DNA of 63,948 bases, counting the filler, from Sandaracinaceae bacterium (GTDB lineage: Bacteria; Myxococcota_A; Polyangia; Polyangiales; JADJQN01): the NCBI GenBank assembly GCA_947483975.1. It is 7 parts of 7 records of this genome, joined end to end, with 100 filler letters (N's around TTAATTAATTAA, not from the genome) between each part and the next. Parts side by side here need not be neighbours in the genome. Positions count along the whole stretch, not along the records: positions 57,568 to 63,948 come from CANKOL010000301.1; 6 more parts are not named here. The stretch is one strand, 5' to 3'. Below the pieces are notes generated by a model, which was not told where the DNA came from, searched no databases, and saw only the letters and a list, made by a program, of their open reading frames with translations. A program made the position numbers and the translations under genes. Numbering within the stretch: the first letter of the stretch is position 1; each line of letters starts with the position of its first letter. Shown here in pieces: positions 60,217 to 63,948 of the stretch.

Positions 60217-61338
60217 TCAGTGGTCGAAGGCCCCGACGATGGCGTCGTGAAACGCTGGGCGGAAGCCCTTGATCCGCTCGTTCGCGCGGCTCGGGTTCAC
60301 TCGATTGGTCAGGAGCACGACGACGAGATCGCGCGTCGGATCGCACCAGATCGACGTGCCCGTGAAGCCGAGGTGCCCGAAGGTCTCGGCCGAGAGGCGC
60401 TTGCCGGCGGTGCTGCCCTCGGCGCTCTTGCTGTCCCAGCCGAGGCGCAGCGAGCTACCCGGGCGCGGCGCGAGCGCCTGCGCGACGAGGTCGCGGGGCA
60501 AGAAGTTCGAGCGACCCGCGCGCGCGTCGAGCATCGCCCGGCCGAAGACCGCCACGCCGTGCGCCGTCCCGAAGAGCCCCGCGTGCCCGCTGACGCCGCC
60601 GAGCGCCGCGCAGTTCTCGTCGTGCACCTCGCCGCGGACCAGGCGCCCTCGCCAGTCGCAGCGCTCGGTCGGCGCCGCCCTCTTGGCGAGCATCGCCTTG
60701 CGGTCGCTCGGCAGCGCGCCGGCGAAGTAGACCTCCTCGGCGATCCCGAGCGGCTCCGTGACGAGCGTCGCGAGGGCCCGGTCGAGCGGCAGCCCCGCGG
60801 CGCGCGAGACGACCTCGCCCGCCACGATGTACCCGAGGTCGCTGTACAACGCGGCCGCCTTGCTCGCGCTCGGCCCCTCCTCCGGCCGCCGCGAGGCCTC
60901 GCTGACGATCCAGCGGCGCGCGGCGGAGGTGCCCGGCTCGTGCGGCACATCGAGATAGAGGCCGCCCCAAGGCGCGAGCCCTGCGCGGTGCGTCAGGAGC
61001 TGCTCGAGGGTCGCCGCCCCGCCCGGCCCGCCGCGGGCGTCCCCGACGAGGTCCTCGGCCTTGGCGTCGAGGCGCAGCGCGCCGCTCGACACCAGACGCA
61101 GCGCCGTCATCGCGACGAACGGCTTCGTCACGGAGGCGAGGTCGTACGGCGTCCGCAGCTCGACCGCGGAGCCGCCGTCGTGAAGCTTGCCGGCGCACGC
61201 CTCGACGTAGACGGGCATTCCCCCGGAGTCGCGCCAGCCGAGGCAAGCGACCGCTCCGGGAAAGACCCGTCCTGCGACCCCCGCCTCGAGGAGACGGGTC
61301 GCCTCCGAGTAGACGCGTTCCTTCCTTGCGTTCCCCAC
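60217..61338 (-). CDS. Serine hydrolase, class C beta-lactamase-like
   Basis: SVTK (SxxK), LLTHRAGL, YSD, GHAGLF, GHLGFTG, LLTNR. Confidence 0.93.
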   Translation of the reverse strand: MGNARKERVYSEATRLLEAGVAGRVFPGAVACLGWRDSGGMPVYVEACAGKLHDGGSAVELRTPYDLASVTKPFVAMTALRLVSSGALRLDAKAEDLVGDARGGPGGAATLEQLLTHRAGLAPWGGLYLDVPHEPGTSAARRWIVSEASRRPEEGPSASKAAALYSDLGYIVAGEVVSRAAGLPLDRALATLVTEPLGIAEEVYFAGALPSDRKAMLAKRAAPTERCDWRGRLVRGEVHDENCAALGGVSGHAGLFGTAHGVAVFGRAMLDARAGRSNFLPRDLVAQALAPRPGSSLRLGWDSKSAEGSTAGKRLSAETFGHLGFTGTSIWCDPTRDLVVVLLTNRVNPSRANERIKGFRPAFHDAIVGAFDH

Positions 61339-61408
61339 GCGCTAAGCCCAACTACCCTGTACCGGACCCGCTCCCAATAATCTACTTAGAAAGCGTCCCC
61401 CACCCTCG

Positions 61409-62500
61409 ATGTCTCTCCCTTACCTGACCGCGGACGTGCCGGGCGTACCCGGGCGCCTACGCGTCGCGCTCGATGATTTCCGCGTGGATGAGCAGCCTGC
61501 GTACGAGCTTTCGGGTGAAGGCGAGCACCTCTATATCCACTTCGAGAAGCGCGATCTGACGACCCCCGAGGCGATGCGCCGCTTGGCGCGCGCGCTCGGC
61601 GCCGATCCGCGGAACGCCGGCTACGCGGGGCTCAAAGACCGCCGCGCCGTGACGCGGCAGTGGGCGAGCTTCACGGTCAAGGACGACACCGCGGCGCGCG
61701 CGCTCGGCGACTCGCTGGAAGGGATCCGCGTCCTCGAGGTCACGCGGCACATCAACAAGCTCCGCACCGGGCACCTGCGCGGCAACGCGTTCGAGCTTCG
61801 CCTGCGCGAGGTCCCTGTCGGGCGCGAGCCGGAGGTCGCCGCCGTGCTCGCCCGCCTCGCCGCCGAGGGCATCCCCAATTACTACGGCGAGCAGCGCTTC
61901 GGCCGGGACGCACAGAACGTCGCCGAGGCGCGCCGCTGGATCGTCGACGGCGAGCGTCCGTCCCGCGACCACTTCCGGCGCAAGCTGCTCGTCAGCTCGC
62001 TGCAGTCGGAGCTCTTCAACGATGTGCTCGCGGCGCGGCTCTCGGACGGCCTCTTCGCCCGCGCGGTCGACGGCGACCTCCTGCGCAAGGAGGACTCCGG
62101 CGGGCTGTTCACGACCGAAGACCTCGCCGACGCGAGCGCGCGGGTCGCGTCCTTCGAGGTGAGCCCGACGGGACCGATGTTCGGAGCGAAGATGCGCTGG
62201 CCGGAGCGGGAGGCGCGGTCGCGAGAGGAGCAGGCGCTCGCAGCCGCCGGCCTCACCGCGCAGCACCTGGCGAGCTTCGTCCGCGATGGCGAAGGGACGC
62301 GCCGGCCGCTCCGCGTGCGACCGCTCGACGTCACGGTGGAGACTGAATCCCCGGGCGTCGTGCTCCTGCGCTTCACCCTGCCGAAGGGCGCCTACGCGAC
62401 CGTGGTGCTGCGCGAGGTGACGAAGGACGCGGTCAGCGAGAGCGAGTCTCTCGCTGCGACGAAGCCCGACGCCGAGGAGCCCTCCGCAGAAGAAGTGTGA
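61409..62500 (+). CDS. truD: tRNA pseudouridine(13) synthase
   Basis: DFRVDE, GYAGLKDRRAVTRQW, GNAF, PNYYGEQRFG, FTLPKGAYAT. Confidence 0.96.
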   Translation: MSLPYLTADVPGVPGRLRVALDDFRVDEQPAYELSGEGEHLYIHFEKRDLTTPEAMRRLARALGADPRNAGYAGLKDRRAVTRQWASFTVKDDTAARALGDSLEGIRVLEVTRHINKLRTGHLRGNAFELRLREVPVGREPEVAAVLARLAAEGIPNYYGEQRFGRDAQNVAEARRWIVDGERPSRDHFRRKLLVSSLQSELFNDVLAARLSDGLFARAVDGDLLRKEDSGGLFTTEDLADASARVASFEVSPTGPMFGAKMRWPEREARSREEQALAAAGLTAQHLASFVRDGEGTRRPLRVRPLDVTVETESPGVVLLRFTLPKGAYATVVLREVTKDAVSESESLAATKPDAEEPSAEEV

Positions 62501-62617
62501 AGGGAGCACGCCCAACCTTGCCGCACGGGAAAGCGCGACGTAACGTTGCGCCGCTCGCACCGTCCATTAGCCGCGCCGCACGGGCGCACGAACGACCCGG
62601 TGCGCGGAGATTTTTGA

Positions 62618-63265
62618 ATGGACATTCAGGAACGGCTGACAGCTTTCGCGATGCTCGGGGCGACTTGGGTCATGTGGCTCTTGGTCCTGCTCTCCATCGT
62701 GGCCCTCGCGATCGTGCTCGAGCGCGTCTACTACTTCGTCGTGACGGGGGACGACCTCGTCCGCGTCAAGCGGGAGATGCTCGCGCTCCTCGGCAAGGGC
62801 GACGTCGCGGGCGCGCGTAAGCTGCTCGCTGGCTCGAAGTCGTTCGAGGCGCGCATCGCCGACGCGGGGCTCGCCGCTCCGGAAGACGGCGCGGAGTCCG
62901 CCGAGGAGCGCATCCAGGGCGAGCAGGACCTCGCGCGCCTCGCGATGGAGCGGAACCTCGTCTTCCTCGGCACCGTCGGCAACAACGCGCCCTTCCTCGG
63001 GCTGCTCGGCACGGTCATCGGCATCATCCGCTCGTTCGCCGCGCTCAACGCCGCGGGCGGGCAGGTGTCCCCGAACCTGATGGCTGAGATCGGCGAAGCG
63101 CTCGTCGCCACCGCGATCGGCATCATGGTCGCGCTGCCCGCCGTCGCCGCCTTCAACATCTTCCAGCGCGTGATCAAGAGCCGCCTCGCGCGCGGCGAGG
63201 CGCTCGGGCACGACGTGCTCGCCTACCTGAAGTCGAAGCGCGCGGGCGCCGACGGGGAGGCCTGA
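62618..63265 (+). CDS. MotA/TolQ/ExbB proton-channel protein
   Basis: LGTVGNNAPFLGLLGTV.GI, EALVATA.GI.VALPA. Confidence 0.95.
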   Translation: MDIQERLTAFAMLGATWVMWLLVLLSIVALAIVLERVYYFVVTGDDLVRVKREMLALLGKGDVAGARKLLAGSKSFEARIADAGLAAPEDGAESAEERIQGEQDLARLAMERNLVFLGTVGNNAPFLGLLGTVIGIIRSFAALNAAGGQVSPNLMAEIGEALVATAIGIMVALPAVAAFNIFQRVIKSRLARGEALGHDVLAYLKSKRAGADGEA

Positions 63266-63268
63266 GCC

Positions 63269-63688
63269 GTGGCCGGCGGCGCAGGTGGCGGCGACGAGGA
63301 GATGATCACGGCGATCAACGTCACGCCGCTCGTCGACATCGTGCTCGTGCTGCTGATCATCTTGATGGTCACGGCGAACTACCTCGCGGCCAAGACGATC
63401 CCGGTCGATCTGCCGCAGTCCTCGGTGGGCGCGGCGAGTGATACGCCCCCGCTCGCGATCACCATCGACCAACAGGGGAAGCTCTACGTCGACGCGCGCC
63501 CCGTGAGCGAGCAGGAGATGCGCCGCGGGATCCGCACCGCCTACCAGCGCGACCACGATCTGCGTGCGGTCATCGCCGGCGACGGACGCATCCAATATCA
63601 GCGCGTGGTGCGGGTCATTACGGTGCTCCGCGAGGAGGGCGTGACGAAGTTCGCCATCAACGTGCGCCCCGAGGACATGCAGAACTGA
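63269..63688 (+). CDS. ExbD/TolR protein
   Basis: INVTPLVDIVLVLLIILMVT. Confidence 0.95.
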   Translation: MAGGAGGGDEEMITAINVTPLVDIVLVLLIILMVTANYLAAKTIPVDLPQSSVGAASDTPPLAITIDQQGKLYVDARPVSEQEMRRGIRTAYQRDHDLRAVIAGDGRIQYQRVVRVITVLREEGVTKFAINVRPEDMQN

Positions 63689-63712
63689 TCGCAGTCCTGC
63701 CCGAAGCTGCCG

Positions 63713-63948
63713 ATGCCACCACGCGAAGACAAGAGCCCGCTGATCCTCGCCGCCCTCCTCTTTCTGAGCGTGGGCGTGCATGGGCTCGTGTTTCTGAGCC
63801 TCGGCTTCCTGTCGCTCATCCCGAGCGAGGCCGCGACGCGCGCGGAGATCGCGTTCGTGGTCGAGACGCCTCCGCCGCCTCCGCTGCCGCCGCCTCCCCC
63901 GCCGGAACCCGAGACTCCGCCGCCGCCGCCTCCGCCGCCCCCCGCTGC
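63713..63948 (+). CDS. TonB-like energy transducer (3' partial)
   Basis: Transmembrane helix with SxxxH (SVGVH), then a poly-Pro linker, directly after exbBD. Confidence 0.8.
   Translation, partial: MPPREDKSPLILAALLFLSVGVHGLVFLSLGFLSLIPSEAATRAEIAFVVETPPPPPLPPPPPPEPETPPPPPPPPPA

Noticed and set aside
60217..61338. Beta-lactam resistance gene
   Set aside because: No signal peptide and a YSD/HLG motif set typical of generic esterase-like serine hydrolases.

Overview
This window is not continuous DNA. It is seven unrelated, very GC-rich contigs of about 9.5 kb joined by artificial 100-nt spacers (N44-TTAATTAATTAA-N44 at 9585, 19256, 28829, 38402, 47974, 57468), so adjacency across spacers means nothing. 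Gene content (Cys-rich secreted proteins, a MYXO-CTERM-like tail, PEGA and DUF2378-like proteins) points to a Myxococcota genome, probably Polyangiales-like (inference). Most of it is housekeeping: rpmI-rplT-pheS-pheT-ihfA-merR-tRNA-Pro-surE-apt, tatD-rplC-rlmE, amidase-glnD, fhs, nadB, recD2, truD and exbBD-tonB. Six things stand out. (1) A non-coding array at 4021-4407 of about 9-10 units of 41-43 bp, each with two different 11-bp dyads on a 21-bp grid separated by variable 10-bp segments. It lies upstream of a TraB-like OmpA gene coupled to a Cys-rich surface protein. (2) A decayed IS91/ISCR-like region (about 33900-38401) with two oriIS-like ends, a PIN toxin-antitoxin pair between 51-bp direct repeats, and several gene fragments. 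(3) An integrase remnant with arm-like repeats on the 5' side of tRNA-Arg(CCT). (4) rplC outside the S10 operon. (5) A tandem double ATP-grasp (Ddl-like) protein. (6) Three translationally coupled paralogous lipoproteins behind a PEGA protein. All family calls come from reading motifs by eye; no searches were run.
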